The notes under the pieces: model-generated
What the model saw: only the letters and a program-made list of their open reading frames with translations
Databases searched by the model: none
Told to the model about the DNA's origin: nothing
Program-made: the position numbers and the translations under genes
NCBI GenBank assembly: GCA_032718475.1
Contig: JAUCBJ010007849.1
Location: 9,724 to 73,723, forward strand
Reading direction: 5' to 3'
Source of the DNA: Nemertoderma westbladi
Lineage: Eukaryota > Animalia > Xenacoelomorpha
DNA length: 64,000 bases
Shown: one piece after another, positions 62,452 through 64,000 of the stretch
Layout: each line of letters opens with the position of its first letter
Position numbering within the stretch: the stretch's first letter is position 1

Positions 62452-64000
62452 GATATTACGTAGAGTTGAGTGTTACAGATATTGTGTAGAGTTGAGTGTT
62501 ACAGATATTGTGTAGAGTTGAGTGTTACAGATATTGTGTAGAGTTGAGTGTTACAGATATTGTGTAGAGTTGAGTGTTACAGATATTGTGTAGAGTTGAG
62601 TGTTACAGATATTGTGTAGAGTTGAGTGTTACAGATATTGTGTAGAGTTGAGTGTTACAGATATTGTGTAGTGTTGAGTGTTACAGATATTGTGTAGTGT
62701 TGAGTGTTACAGATATTGTGTAGTGTTGAGTGTTACAGATATTGTGTAGAGTTGAGTGTTACAGATATTGTGTAGAGTTGAGTGTTACAGATATTGTGTA
62801 GAGTTGAGTGTTACAGATATTGTGTAGAGTTGAGTGTTACAGATATTGTGTAGAGTTGAGTGTTACAGATATTGTGTTGAGTTGAGTGTTACAGATATTG
62901 TGTAGAGTTGAGTGTTACAGATATTGTGTAGAGTTGAGTGTTACAGATATTGTGTAGTATTGAGTGTTACAGATATTGTGTAGAGTTGAGTGTTACAGAT
63001 ATTGTGTAGAGTTGAGTGTTACAGATATTGTGTAGAGTTGAGTGTTACAGATATTGTGTAGAGTTGAGTGTTACAGATATTGCGTAGAGTTGAGTGTTAC
63101 AGATATTGTGTAGTGTTGAGTGTTACAGATATTGTGTAGTGTTGAGTGTTACAGATATTGTGTAGAGTTGAGTGTTACAGATATTGTGTAGAGTTGAGTG
63201 TTACAGATATTGTGTAGAGTTGAGTGTTACAGATATTGTGTAGTGTTGAGTGTTACAGATATTGTGTAGAGTTGAGTGTTACAGATATTGTGTAGAGTTG
63301 AGTGTTACATATATTGTGTAGTGTTGAGTGTTACAGATGTTGTGTAGAGTTGAGTGTTACAGATATTGTGTAGAGTTGAGTGTTACAGATATTGTGTAGA
63401 GTTGAGTGTTACAGATATTGTGTAGAGTTGAGTGTTACAGATATTGTGTAGAGTTGAGTGTTACAGATATTGTGTAGAGTTGAGTGTTACAGATATTGTG
63501 TAGAGTTGAGTGTTACAGATATTGTGTAGAGTTGAGTGTTACAGATATTGTGTAGAGTTGAGTGTTACAGATATTGTGTAGAGTTGAGTGTTACAGATAT
63601 TGTGTAGTGTTGAGTGTTACAGATATTGTGTCGTGTTGAGTGTTACAGATATTGTGTAGTGTTGAGTGTTACAGATATTGTGTAGAGTTGAGTGTTACAG
63701 ATATTGTGTAGAGTTGAGTGTTACAGATATTGTTTAGAGTTGAGTGTTACAGATATTGTGTACTGTTGAGTGTTACAGATATTGTGTAGAGTTGAGTGTT
63801 ACAGATATTGTGTAGAGTTGAGTGTTACAGATATTTGTGTAGAGTTGAGTGTTACAGATATTGTGTAGAGTTGAGTGTTACAGATATTGTGTAGAGTTGA
63901 GTGTTACAGATATTGTGTAGAGTTGAGTGTTACAGATATTGTGTAGAGTTGAGTGTTACAGATATTGTGTAGTGTTGAGTGTTACAGATATTGTGTAGTG
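62452..64000. repeat. 26-bp satellite (at least 59 units, continues past the window)
   Basis: Unit tagagttgagtgttacagatattgtg with a common tagtg variant. Confidence 0.97.

Noticed and set aside
62452-64000. 26-bp unit as a half-monomer of the 52-bp satellite or a derivative of the hAT TIR
   Set aside because: Only short AT-rich matches (caatat; TAGAGTTGA) and no colinear alignment; probably chance.

Overview
AT-rich animal (probably invertebrate) genomic DNA. From left to right: a BEL/Pao LTR retrotransposon on the minus strand whose gag-pol frame is broken by one in-frame TGA; a Penelope-like GIY-YIG remnant split by a nested LINE fragment; a 3-exon SLC12A9 (CIP1-like cation-chloride cotransporter) gene; an intronless clan-2 cytochrome P450; MITE and LINE debris; and a 26-bp satellite running off the window end. 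The main finding is SLC12A9 intron 2 (18418-55772, about 37.4 kb). It is filled by roughly 600 tandem copies of a 52-bp unit that is the gene's own intron-2/exon-3 junction: 28 nt of pyrimidine tract ending in CAG plus the first 24 coding nt, GTTGCTCCTATAGTCTCAATATTC (VAPIVSIF). Only the last copy runs into the real exon. Each consensus unit is an AG|GT site, which suggests recursive splicing as a hypothesis. Most units just upstream of the true exon have lost the canonical CAG. The array has kb-scale higher-order duplications and carries a young, sense-oriented LINE with an intact ORF2 and a target-site duplication. All counts and alignments were made by eye.
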